Below the pieces are notes generated by a model. That model was given only the letters and a program-made list of their open reading frames with translations, did no database searches and had not been told where the DNA came from. The position numbers and the translations under genes were made by a program. A stretch of 38,456 nt of DNA from Deltaproteobacteria bacterium. GTDB taxonomy: Bacteria > Desulfobacterota > Desulfomonilia > UBA1062. Location: positions 1-38,456 of the forward strand of contig JAGGYK010000104.1 of the NCBI GenBank assembly GCA_021162585.1, in the 5' to 3' direction. The stretch's first letter is position 1; each line of letters begins with the position of its first letter. Shown here one piece after another: positions 26,047 through 35,361 of the stretch.

Positions 26047-26219
26047 GGAGATATTGCCTTCAGGGTTGACTACAGGAATAATAGGATATAACATTGAAAA
26101 TTATTTTACATTACCTTTGTGTATATTTTCAGATCGTTATTCTGATGAAAACATACTTAGGTAAATATCCAAAATATAAATATGGTTCCAAACCAAATGA
26201 TCCTTAAAGGGGGAAAACC

Positions 26220-27674
26220 ATGAATAATTGTACCATCAAACTTCCAGAAAAAGGCATGGATAAAAAAGAGATCCTAGATATAATGAAAAGCTACGGCCAG
26301 GGTGATGCAAATTATAGGGATTCCAAAACCTGGAGCCTTGTGTATTACATAGGGGAGGAACATACCCAGTTCTTAAAAGACGCATATAGCCTGTACTTTT
26401 CTGAAAATGCCTTAAATCCAATGGCCTTTCAAAGTCTCAAGAGGTTTGAGTCTGAAGTGATTCGTATGACTGCGAACCTCTTGAATGGGGATAGAAATGT
26501 GGTTGGCTCTATGACATCCGGCGGAACAGAGAGTTGTCTGCTGCCTGTAGTGACTTACCGTGATCTTGCCAGGTCTAAGAGAAGACTATGGATTACAAAA
26601 CCGGAAATGATTGCACCTGAATCTATCCATGTGGCATGGGAAAAGGCTGCACATTATTTTGATGTGAAGATGGTTCATGCCCCTGTTGGCAAAGATTACA
26701 GGGTTGATGTGGAAGCGGTAAAAAAACTGATTAACAGAAACACAATAATGCTTTTGGGTTCTGCCCCATCATATCCACATGGGGTTATTGACCCTATTGA
26801 GGAGTTGGGGGCTGTTGCTTTAGAGAATAACATCCCACTCCATATTGATTCATGCCTGGGGGGATTTATACTGCCCTTTGTTGAAAAGCTTGGCTATGAT
26901 ATCCCTGCCTTTGATTTCAGGGTGCCGGGGGTGACATCCATGTCAGCGGATGTGCACAAATATGGGTATAGCGCAAAAGGCGCATCCACTGTCTTATACA
27001 GAAATATGGATTACATGAGACATCAGATCTATGTATATACCGACTGGTCTGGTGGGATCTATGCCTCTGCAGGTATGCTGGGGACAAGGCCTGGTGGGGC
27101 AATTGCAGCAGCATGGGCATCAATGAATGCCCTGGGTGAAGATGGCTATCTTGAGAAGACCAGGATCGTGATGGAGACAACAAAAAAGATCATGGATGGA
27201 ATAAGGTCAATTCCAGAACTTGAGATCGTTGGCAGCCCTGATATGAGCGTGTTTGCATATAAGTCTCGCTCTAAAAAGCTAAATATCTATGCAGTTGGTG
27301 ATCAAATGGAACAAAAGGGATGGAATATTGATCGTCTGCAGAGGCCAAAGGCCTTGCATGCAATGGTGACGCCTTTACATGAAAGGGTGGTAGATGAATA
27401 TATATCTGATTTGAAGAAATCTGTTGAATATGTAAGAGGTAAGCCGGGCCTTGCCTCAAAGGGGAACGCCGCCATGTATGGGATGATAGCAAATGTGCCT
27501 CTAAGGGGGATGATAAAGAATGAGGTCTTAAAGATGATGGAGGATATGTACGGCCCTGAACGTAAGATGCCGGGCCTCGCAAGTGGTGGGCCAGATGGAG
27601 AGAAGGAGCCTCTGTTTATGAAAATCGCGGTAAAGGCTTTAAACGCCATAGATAGGTTTAGAAAAGAGGACTAA
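26220..27674 (+). CDS. Group II PLP-dependent decarboxylase/lyase, sphingosine-1-phosphate-lyase-like subfamily
   Basis: 484 aa. GGTESCLL. PLP-Lys context SADVHKYGYSAKGAS. No N-terminal TM segment. Confidence 0.8.
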   Translation: MNNCTIKLPEKGMDKKEILDIMKSYGQGDANYRDSKTWSLVYYIGEEHTQFLKDAYSLYFSENALNPMAFQSLKRFESEVIRMTANLLNGDRNVVGSMTSGGTESCLLPVVTYRDLARSKRRLWITKPEMIAPESIHVAWEKAAHYFDVKMVHAPVGKDYRVDVEAVKKLINRNTIMLLGSAPSYPHGVIDPIEELGAVALENNIPLHIDSCLGGFILPFVEKLGYDIPAFDFRVPGVTSMSADVHKYGYSAKGASTVLYRNMDYMRHQIYVYTDWSGGIYASAGMLGTRPGGAIAAAWASMNALGEDGYLEKTRIVMETTKKIMDGIRSIPELEIVGSPDMSVFAYKSRSKKLNIYAVGDQMEQKGWNIDRLQRPKALHAMVTPLHERVVDEYISDLKKSVEYVRGKPGLASKGNAAMYGMIANVPLRGMIKNEVLKMMEDMYGPERKMPGLASGGPDGEKEPLFMKIAVKALNAIDRFRKED

Positions 27675-27681
27675 TACTATT

Positions 27682-27821
27682 TATATGAAAATAGGAACAG
27701 AGACACAAAACATTGTAGGGGCTTTTGCCCTCATCGGCCCGCTTAAGGGAACGGGCCCTACATTGTGATACGTTCATTTTCATCCTTCGTTGCGAGCGTG
27801 GATCGCTCATGCGGGTTTATA
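27682..27821 (+). repeat. Intergenic repeat, module 1 (copy A)
   Basis: It begins tatatgaaaatagg and ends gggtttata. It shares exact 34-mer (27777-27810) and 21-mer (27721-27741) blocks with the inverted copy at 38270-38432. An outer stem TGTAGGG/CCCTACA is present in both copies. Confidence 0.8.
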
Positions 27822-27923
27822 CCAAATTATTCAATCAAGTACTTTCGAGATTGTCAAAAGCGAGCGTAGCGAAGCAATCTAAGGATGAGATTGCCACGTC
27901 GCTAAAGCTCCTCGCAATGACAT
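27817..27923 (+). repeat. Intergenic repeat, module 2 (copy abutting module 1)
   Basis: See 22116-22242. It contains the hairpin GCAATCT-aaggatg-AGATTGC and the 24-mer at 27889-27912. Confidence 0.7.
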
Positions 27924-27970
27924 TGATTGCAACTTGGTATTATCCATAATTATTTGTGCAGGAGAAATAA

Positions 27971-29341
27971 ATGATTAACTTAAAGAGTATCCCGTCAGAA
28001 AAAGAAGCCCTGGATTCCTATGAAGTGGAGAACATATTCCACTCCTGGTCTTATCAGCCTTCCCAATCTCCTTTGCGTGTGGTCTCTGCAAAGGGTGTCC
28101 GGTTTACCACCGAGGATGGAAGGCAGCGTCTGGACTTCAGTTCTTGCTTTGTGAGTCACAACATCGGGCATCAGGATCCAAGGGTGGTGGATGCAATCTG
28201 TAAGCAGGCAAATACTCTCTGCTCTTTTGCGCCAAGCATGTCAACAAAACCAAGGGCACTTTTGGGAAAGATGTTGGAAGAGATTACACCTGGGGATCTC
28301 TCCCGTTCCTTTATATCCCTTGGTGGGACAGAGGCCAATGAGGCTGCAGTAAAGATTTGCCACCAGTATACAGGTCGCCGAAAGATACTTTCCCGGTATC
28401 GGAGCTATCATGGGGGGACAGCGACATCCATGTCACTTTCTGCTGGAGATGCCAGGAACTGGGCGCAGGTTTTAGGTGGAACGGAATTGGTTAGTGTGCC
28501 TCAGCCATACTGTTATCGCTGCATGTTCGGTAAAAAATATCCCGAGTGTGATCTCCAGTGCGTAAAATACATAGATGAAGTGATTGAACTAGAGGGTGGC
28601 GGCGATAAAGTGGCTGGTATTATCTGTGAGCCAGTGACCGGTGCCAATGGCATTATCGTGCCTCCAAGAGAGTATTTCCCCCAGCTCAGGGAGGTTTGCG
28701 ACAAGTGGGGAATTCTCATGATCACAGATGAGGTCATGAGCGGGTTCGGTCGCACAGGCAAATGGTTTGCCATGGATCACTGGGGAGTAGTGCCTGATAT
28801 CATGACCATGGCAAAAGGCTTAACAAGTGCGTATGTGCCGCTTGGGGCTACTATCGTGAGGAAGCACATAGGAGACCAATTTAAAGAGCAGTTCTTCAGC
28901 CACGGGGCCACCTATGCAGGACATGCCCTTGCCTGCGCAACTGCAATAAGGGTGATACAGATCTACCAGGAAGACAAACTTATCGAGAATTCCGAAAAAA
29001 TGGGTAAATACTTGCTTGAAAAGGCAATGGAGCTCAAGGACAAGCATCCATGCATCGGTGATGTGCGCGGGCTCGGGTTGTTTGTGGGATTGGAACTGGT
29101 AAAAAACCGCAAGACCAGAGAGCCCATCATGCCGCTGAATGCAAAGATTCGTCCGGGTATGAATCCCAAGCTTGAGGTGGCGAAGAAACTGGGCGAGCTA
29201 GGAATGATAGCAATGGCAGCAAACCCAGGCAATGTCATCGCTATGGCGCCTGCCCTTATCGTCACTAAGGATGAGATCGACGAGGGGGTTGGCATCATGG
29301 ACAAGGCCCTCGAGGTAGGAGATGCCTATTCGGAAGAGTGA
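27971..29341 (+). CDS. Class III omega-aminotransferase (beta-alanine/taurine:pyruvate aminotransferase-like)
   Basis: 456 aa. GGTEANEAAVK, ICEPVTGANGIIVPP, DEVMSGFGRTGKWFAMDHWGVVPDIMTMAKGLTSAYVPLGA. Confidence 0.85.
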   Translation: MINLKSIPSEKEALDSYEVENIFHSWSYQPSQSPLRVVSAKGVRFTTEDGRQRLDFSSCFVSHNIGHQDPRVVDAICKQANTLCSFAPSMSTKPRALLGKMLEEITPGDLSRSFISLGGTEANEAAVKICHQYTGRRKILSRYRSYHGGTATSMSLSAGDARNWAQVLGGTELVSVPQPYCYRCMFGKKYPECDLQCVKYIDEVIELEGGGDKVAGIICEPVTGANGIIVPPREYFPQLREVCDKWGILMITDEVMSGFGRTGKWFAMDHWGVVPDIMTMAKGLTSAYVPLGATIVRKHIGDQFKEQFFSHGATYAGHALACATAIRVIQIYQEDKLIENSEKMGKYLLEKAMELKDKHPCIGDVRGLGLFVGLELVKNRKTREPIMPLNAKIRPGMNPKLEVAKKLGELGMIAMAANPGNVIAMAPALIVTKDEIDEGVGIMDKALEVGDAYSEE

Positions 29342-29370
29342 AGCTCTGGCAGTTTTTGTAAAGACAATCT

Positions 29371-29458
29371 TACAGTAACTACTCAGGTCGTCAGGTTCAC
29401 GGTTGGTCGCTCTCTAACCGTGAACCCCGGAACTTTGAACCTGGGTAGTTACCTTACA
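29371..29458. repeat. Second MITE-like element with GTAACTRCYCARGT inverted termini enclosing an 11-bp hairpin
   Basis: GTAACTACTCAGGT is at 29375-29388. The reverse complement of 29439-29452 is GTAACTACCCAGGT. The internal stem is GGTTCACGGTT (29394-29404) / AACCGTGAACC (29416-29426). It fills the gap between convergent genes. No U-tract follows on either strand. Confidence 0.5.
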
Positions 29459-30974
29459 GATTATATACCCCATTCAGGCCTCCAAAGACCAATATTGATA
29501 TACCTACGCACACAGCAGCAACCAGTGTCATAACGATCCCTGCATTTGCCATATCCTTGATGGCAAAGTAGCCTGCTGAGTAGGGGATCACATTGGTGGG
29601 GGTCTCTGTGACCAGAATAAAGGCAAGAGAGGATGTGAATGCCGCCGGGGCACAGACTACCCATGGATTGATACCCAGATCTGTGGATAGCGCAATAAGC
29701 AGCGGGATGATTATGGTGCCGGTCACCGTATTGCTGGAAAATACCATATGCAATAGGCTTACACTCAACACAATAGCAAAGACACGTAAAATCCCTGGAA
29801 GTTGAACAACAGGACCTAAAAACACCCAGGCCAGCCACCGTGCAGCACCTGTATTATACACTACCATGCCCAAGGAGATCCCGGCACAGATCAAGATTAT
29901 CCCTCCCCAGTCCACATCAGATTGGGCCTGTTTCCATGATATCACCTCTATCCCCGGGATGAAGAGCAACAAAGCACCGCCTAAGGCGACCCCCTGCATT
30001 GGCAGGGCTATACTGCCTGCTGTAATGTCCCTGATAAACGGGGTAGCGATCCAGGTAGCTATGGTTATCAGAAATATAACAAGGGTCCACCTTTCCTTAT
30101 AGGTAAAAGGGCCCATTTCAAGAAGCTCTTTCTTGATCTCATCCCTACTTATAGGAACCCTTTCTATCTCCGGAGGAAACATCCTTGTGATCACAAACCA
30201 GCCGGCAGGCACCATCAGGATAGAAGCAGGTAGCCCCATAGACATCCAGCTGACAAAATCTATATCAATATTCGCGAGTTCCTTTAAAAAACTAATGGTA
30301 AGGGGGTTAGGTCCACACCCGGATGGTGTGGCAATGCCCCCATAAAGAGGTCCCCATGCACAGGAGATCATCAAGGCCTTGCCAAAATTACTCTCCATGG
30401 GTTTCACCCCGGATTGTCTCAAGATAGACATCCCAAGGGGCATAAGGATTGCTGCTACTGCCATGTCTGTGACCCACATGGAAAGGCTTGCCCCTACAAT
30501 GAGAAACCCTAAGATCACCATATTAGGCCGGGTGCCCATCACAGAAAGGATTAGATAGCTCAAACGCTTGCCCAGGCCTGAGCGGGAAAAAGCGCTTGAA
30601 AGTATTAATACTCCAATAAAGAAGGTAATTATCTGGTTGCCAAAGCCCAGGCTTACAACATGTTTGAATGAATCAATCCTGAAGACAGGTATCAGAAGCA
30701 TTACCATCAGCGCTGTGATACTAAAAGGTATGACTTCTGTAATCCAAAGTACAATAGCTAATAAAAGCAGCCCTAGTGTAGCCTTTGCATCCCAATTTAG
30801 CGGAATTAACTCTCCACCCCTGGAAAGGGGCTCTGGGCAAGGTAAATATAGAACAATGGCAAGAACAGCAAATGCAAGGAGGAAAAAGCCTAGCTTATAT
30901 ACAATAGAATGTCCCTTTTTGATCATTATCTCTTGTCCTTGAATATTATTTCTATCTGATACCGCTTTTTTCAT
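29454..30974 (-). CDS. DASS/SLC13-family anion:sodium symporter (di/tricarboxylate, sulfate or sulfonate type)
   Basis: 506 aa, many TM segments. WITEVIPFSITALMV near the N-terminus and an SSNTVTG hairpin-tip motif in the C-terminal half. Confidence 0.78.
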   Translation of the reverse strand: MKKAVSDRNNIQGQEIMIKKGHSIVYKLGFFLLAFAVLAIVLYLPCPEPLSRGGELIPLNWDAKATLGLLLLAIVLWITEVIPFSITALMVMLLIPVFRIDSFKHVVSLGFGNQIITFFIGVLILSSAFSRSGLGKRLSYLILSVMGTRPNMVILGFLIVGASLSMWVTDMAVAAILMPLGMSILRQSGVKPMESNFGKALMISCAWGPLYGGIATPSGCGPNPLTISFLKELANIDIDFVSWMSMGLPASILMVPAGWFVITRMFPPEIERVPISRDEIKKELLEMGPFTYKERWTLVIFLITIATWIATPFIRDITAGSIALPMQGVALGGALLLFIPGIEVISWKQAQSDVDWGGIILICAGISLGMVVYNTGAARWLAWVFLGPVVQLPGILRVFAIVLSVSLLHMVFSSNTVTGTIIIPLLIALSTDLGINPWVVCAPAAFTSSLAFILVTETPTNVIPYSAGYFAIKDMANAGIVMTLVAAVCVGISILVFGGLNGVYNL

Positions 30975-31014
30975 GGAACAAATCCTCTAAATTCTATCTT
31001 TAATTGTACCCGGA

Positions 31015-32820
31015 TCAAAGGCCATCCATGTCCAGATTCCCTAATGTCTCACGGGTAGGACGACCATGACTATCCCATCCCCTTAAGTTATAATATTCTT
31101 CCAACATATACTTTAAATCAGGTAGCACACCCTTTGCCTTTCCTGAAGTACGGGGCTGGTTCAGGATTCTAAAAGGTAGTGTATCTGTGCCAAATGTAAA
31201 ATTCTTCATGTTAAATAGCCTCTTTAAGGTGAATATCCTTGTCCCAACCTTGAGGAGTTCTTCTGGAGAATACTTGAATCCTGTGGCTATCTCTACCCAT
31301 TTCACTATCGTAGGTGGACCTATATCAGCACTAAACAAAAATTTGCACAGGCCCAGGCCATCATATACAGAGCATATGTCCTGCATGGTAATAACCAGTT
31401 CTGCCTTGCCTTTTGGTGTATGCGGATCAAGGGGAGAGGGATATCCCATCTCTGAGAGTATCATATTCCCCTGTTCAGCATACCAGCTCATAGATTCATT
31501 GTGGGATGCACCTCTATTTCCAGTAGCATATGTAAGCCCTGCGCTTACATATGCCCTTGGATCATGCATGGGAAGCTCAAGACCCCTCACATGCATGGCA
31601 AAGGCCCCACTACCCTGTCCAATCTTTTCAGATGCTACCTTAACACCATCTGCCAAATGGGCACCAAGACCTTTTCTATAGGCTATATCATGAATAAGGG
31701 ATAAAATGGCCTTGCTATCTCCCCATTTAATATCTCCGCCGCATAATATGCCTTTCTCACAGCACTCCATTGCAAATGCAATGACTACCCCGGTAGACAT
31801 TGTATCCAGGCCCAAAGAATTACACAAATAACTCGCTTCTATTAAGATCTCAGGATCATCCATCAATAAAAGGGAACCTAGCGATGCTGTGGTTTCATAT
31901 TCAGGTCCAGATATATCTTCACCACGAAAATTTAAAACCCTGCCGCATCCGATTATACAATCCCTGCAAAAATATGGACGCGGGTTATAAATATCTTTAA
32001 TATTCTGAGCAGAAATCTTCTTTATGCCCTTTGACCAGGAGCTACCTGCAAAGTTTTTTATAGGAAGGTCTCCTGACTCTTCCCGAAAGATTGCTGCCCC
32101 TGCAGTACCAAACCTTTTAAGGCCAATTGTCTTTTTAACTATGTCTTTTCCCCTCGAGCGTAGTTCTTCCTTAAGCCTTGCTTTATCAACTGCCTGCAAG
32201 GGCTTTTCACCTGATACAGCAATGGCTTTCAGATTTTTCATGCCTAAGAGTGTACCAGCACCACACCTGCCTGCTGCACGAGTGTGGTGGGTCTTACCCT
32301 TATCAAAAAACATCAGGGATGCAAATCTAACCCTGTTTTCTCCTCCAGGACCAATTACAGCGATAGAGGCATCCCTTTGGATCTGATCCTGAATCTGCTT
32401 TCTAGCGTCACAGGTCGAAAGCCCCCATATACCTTTAGCTGGTCTGATCTCTACACTATCATCTGTGATCAGAAGATAGACAGGCCCTTTACTCTTCCCA
32501 TGGATTACAATGCCATCATAGCCACTGCGCCTTAGATGCCACCCAAAATCACCACCAACAGATGACTCACCCCATATCCCTGTAAGTGGACTTATGAAAC
32601 ATAAACTGGTCTTGGATGCGGTAGGAAGACGAGAGCCAACCAGCATACCTGGCAATATCAATATTTGATCACTGTAAGATTTAGAAGTGGCCATAAGATA
32701 GGCGCCCATACCGCCACCTCCAAGCCAGGTACGATAGACATCAATAGGGATATCTTGGATCGTATATGTCCCTTTTGTTAAATTCACCTCTATTATGCGA
32801 GACTGAATACAACCTCTCAT
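31015..32820 (-). CDS. Aldehyde:ferredoxin oxidoreductase (tungsten/molybdopterin AOR family)
   Basis: IIEVNLTKG N-terminus, EYETTASLGS, 4Fe-4S ligands CRDCIIGC, DGLGLCKF. I prefer the ATG at 32820 (AGGAGG 8 nt upstream) over the track start at 32868, which would overlap the upstream gene. Confidence 0.88.
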   Translation of the reverse strand: MRGCIQSRIIEVNLTKGTYTIQDIPIDVYRTWLGGGGMGAYLMATSKSYSDQILILPGMLVGSRLPTASKTSLCFISPLTGIWGESSVGGDFGWHLRRSGYDGIVIHGKSKGPVYLLITDDSVEIRPAKGIWGLSTCDARKQIQDQIQRDASIAVIGPGGENRVRFASLMFFDKGKTHHTRAAGRCGAGTLLGMKNLKAIAVSGEKPLQAVDKARLKEELRSRGKDIVKKTIGLKRFGTAGAAIFREESGDLPIKNFAGSSWSKGIKKISAQNIKDIYNPRPYFCRDCIIGCGRVLNFRGEDISGPEYETTASLGSLLLMDDPEILIEASYLCNSLGLDTMSTGVVIAFAMECCEKGILCGGDIKWGDSKAILSLIHDIAYRKGLGAHLADGVKVASEKIGQGSGAFAMHVRGLELPMHDPRAYVSAGLTYATGNRGASHNESMSWYAEQGNMILSEMGYPSPLDPHTPKGKAELVITMQDICSVYDGLGLCKFLFSADIGPPTIVKWVEIATGFKYSPEELLKVGTRIFTLKRLFNMKNFTFGTDTLPFRILNQPRTSGKAKGVLPDLKYMLEEYYNLRGWDSHGRPTRETLGNLDMDGL

Positions 32821-32845
32821 TCTAGGATCCTCCTTATAGAAATCC

Positions 32846-34507
32846 CTAGACCATGGCCAGGGCCTCACTGCCCGGGCTTATAATATCTGGATCTGTTACT
32901 ACATTGATCAATGATGGCAGGCCAGAGGCAAATGCCCCCTCCAGGGCTGGGCGGATTTCATCTGGATGCTCTACAAGCTCGCCGTGGCCCCCTAAATCCC
33001 TGACCAACAGATGATAATTTACCATCCCCAATTCTGTAACAGAAGAGATGGGTGCACCAAACTTTAATTTCTGAGAGTGCCTGATCATACCCCAACCATG
33101 GTCATTAGACACAATAACAACCACAGGTAGCCTGTGGCGGATGGCTGTCTGAAACTCCATAAAATTGAAACCAATAGATCCATCACCAGTTATCAATAGC
33201 ACCTTTTTATCCGGATACATGGCCTTGGCTGCATTGGCAAATGGAAGCCCTACAGAAAGACAGCCAAATAGCCCTGATTCCATGTATCTTCCCCCATGAA
33301 GGAGACGCACTGTGAGGCCCATCCAAACTTGAGTATCCCCTCCATCTGCTATCAGGATATCATCAGGCCCAATATAGTCTGCAACCTCTTTGCACAGTCT
33401 TAATGGATGGATAGGTATGTCCTTAGATTCCCACCTGTCCTGGTAGGCCTTTTTAGCATCTGTATCTATATGTCTTAGTTCATCGATCCAGGGTTGAAAT
33501 CTGCCTTTGTCAGGTAGATTATCTGCTCTTTCTCCCAGGGCCTTGAGATAAGCCTTTATATCCCCTGCCAGAGCCAGATCCACTGATCTGTTTCTACCTG
33601 TCTCGCCAGGATCTATATCTATCTGGACAATCTTGGCCTCTTTCTTAAATAGATATCCAAACATGAAATAAAGATTCACCCTAGCACCTAATATGATAAC
33701 CAGGTCTGCATTGGTAAGGGCATAACCTGCTGCACCTGGACGAATAGCAAGTGCAGACTCAAAACACAAAGGATGATCATCTGATATTAGCCCCCTTGCC
33801 ATGCCTATGGTAAACACTGGGATATTACTTGTCTCTACAAACGAGCGAAGCTCATTAGATGCATCTGAATACCATGCCCCGCTACCTGCAATTATAGCTG
33901 GTCTCTTTGCCACCTTGATCAAATCAAGTAAATGCATAGCCCCAGATATATCCGCACAACCCTGGGAAACATTTGTATCTGGTGTACTCTCAGGGGGATC
34001 TATCTCATTATTCAGGATATCTATGGGGATCTCCAGATAAACTGGACCCGGGGCACCTGCTACAGCACATCGAAAGGCCTTATCAAGATATTCAGGTATC
34101 CTATCTGTATGGTAGCAAACCCAGGAACCCTTTACAAGTGGCGCAATTACAGGTAGTTGTGGCATGTCCTGTAGATCCAGCCTATCCCTCTTTGTAGTAG
34201 CCACACCACCGGATATCAAAACCAAGGGTGTCTGCGACATATGTGCATTGGCAATCCCGCTTAAGGCATTGCTAAAACCAGGCCCTGCTGTGACCAAGGC
34301 AATCCCTGGCTTTCGAGACAACCTGCCATATGCCTCTGCACCAAATACAGCTGCCTGCTCATGCCTGGTATCCAGGATATATATATCTGAATCCTTAATC
34401 TCATTATGAATGGGCGATATATGCCCCCCACTTAAGGTGAATATAAAATCTACTCCTTTTTTATTAAAATATTCTGCTACCAATTTTGCTCCTGTAACCT
34501 TGCTCAT
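32846..34507 (-). CDS. Thiamine-diphosphate enzyme, oxalyl-CoA-decarboxylase / 2-hydroxyacyl-CoA-lyase-like
   Basis: 553 aa. RHEQAAVFGAEAYGR, GPGFSN, FTIGMARGLISDDHPL, VQIDIDPGE, and ThDP motif GDGSIGFNFMEFQTAIRHRLPVVVIVSND. It is collinear by eye with Oxc as I remember it. Confidence 0.72.
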   Translation of the reverse strand: MSKVTGAKLVAEYFNKKGVDFIFTLSGGHISPIHNEIKDSDIYILDTRHEQAAVFGAEAYGRLSRKPGIALVTAGPGFSNALSGIANAHMSQTPLVLISGGVATTKRDRLDLQDMPQLPVIAPLVKGSWVCYHTDRIPEYLDKAFRCAVAGAPGPVYLEIPIDILNNEIDPPESTPDTNVSQGCADISGAMHLLDLIKVAKRPAIIAGSGAWYSDASNELRSFVETSNIPVFTIGMARGLISDDHPLCFESALAIRPGAAGYALTNADLVIILGARVNLYFMFGYLFKKEAKIVQIDIDPGETGRNRSVDLALAGDIKAYLKALGERADNLPDKGRFQPWIDELRHIDTDAKKAYQDRWESKDIPIHPLRLCKEVADYIGPDDILIADGGDTQVWMGLTVRLLHGGRYMESGLFGCLSVGLPFANAAKAMYPDKKVLLITGDGSIGFNFMEFQTAIRHRLPVVVIVSNDHGWGMIRHSQKLKFGAPISSVTELGMVNYHLLVRDLGGHGELVEHPDEIRPALEGAFASGLPSLINVVTDPDIISPGSEALAMV

Positions 34508-34526
34508 GACTACCTCCTTTTATTAG

Positions 34527-35345
34527 CTATAACTCCATAAGCTGACCACCTGTTATATTGATGGCCTGACCAGTGATATAAGATGCCTCATCTGAGGCAA
34601 GGAATGCCACCACCCTGGCTACATCTTCAGGTGTACCTATCCTGCCAAGGGGGATGGTCTCTAGCACCTCTTCCACCCTTTGGGCTACATCTCTTTGCGT
34701 GAGTTGAGCCTCTAATTCCCATCCCCATTTCCTCATGGCTGTATTGATCTGTCCCGGGCACAGGGCATTGACCCGTATACCCATACCCAAAAAACCCAGC
34801 TCTTTGGCCAGAACCTTTGTCAGCATAATAACGCCTGCCTTAGAGACACTGTATGCACCATTACACATGGCCGGGAACTTTCCTGCCCTGGATGCGATAT
34901 TTACAATACAATCCCCTTTTTTCATCAAAGGCATCATTGCCCTGGAGGTGATAAATGTCCCGTTTAGGTTAATATCCAGTGTCTTTTTCCATGCTTTATC
35001 ATCCATAAGGTGCATAAAATTAGGTGATATGATAGCACCAGCATTGTTACAGAGTATATTCAAATGCCCGAACTCCTCCTTGATACGTCCTGCCATATAA
35101 GCCACAGAATTAATATCTGTTATATCTGCTACTACCCATATAGAACGGACGCCCTGCTTCTTTATTTCAGCAGACAGCTCATCCAGGCTTTTCTGATTAC
35201 CCTCAACATCCTTAGTCTCTGCTATATCATTCAGGACTATATGTACCCCATACTTAGCCAGTTCCATTGCAATTGCAAAACCGATCCCATTAGGATCACC
35301 TGAGCCTGTAACCAGGGCAACCTTGTCCTTTAGACCTCTCATCAT
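34527..35345 (-). CDS. Short-chain dehydrogenase/reductase (SDR, FabG-like)
   Basis: TGSGDPNGIGFAIA, NNAG, catalytic YSVSKAG, PGQINT. Confidence 0.85.
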   Translation of the reverse strand: MMRGLKDKVALVTGSGDPNGIGFAIAMELAKYGVHIVLNDIAETKDVEGNQKSLDELSAEIKKQGVRSIWVVADITDINSVAYMAGRIKEEFGHLNILCNNAGAIISPNFMHLMDDKAWKKTLDINLNGTFITSRAMMPLMKKGDCIVNIASRAGKFPAMCNGAYSVSKAGVIMLTKVLAKELGFLGMGIRVNALCPGQINTAMRKWGWELEAQLTQRDVAQRVEEVLETIPLGRIGTPEDVARVVAFLASDEASYITGQAINITGGQLMEL

Positions 35346-35361
35346 TTACCTCCCAAGATCT

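Noticed and set aside
27725-27949. 74-aa ORF, with its relative at 38244-38456 (70 aa), sharing FILRCERGSL(M/I)RVY
   Set aside because: The shared peptide is just the translation of repeat module 1, and the rest of the two ORFs is unrelated. The 27.7-kb ORF runs across the module 1 / module 2 junction. This is DNA-level rather than protein-level conservation.
32821-32868. A 16-codon N-terminal extension of the AOR gene that overlaps the ThDP enzyme gene by 23 nt
   Set aside because: The extension (MRPWPWSRDFYKEDPR) has no counterpart in the typical AOR N-terminus. A strong AGGAGG lies 8 nt before the internal ATG at 32820. The overlap is most likely an ORF-calling artefact.
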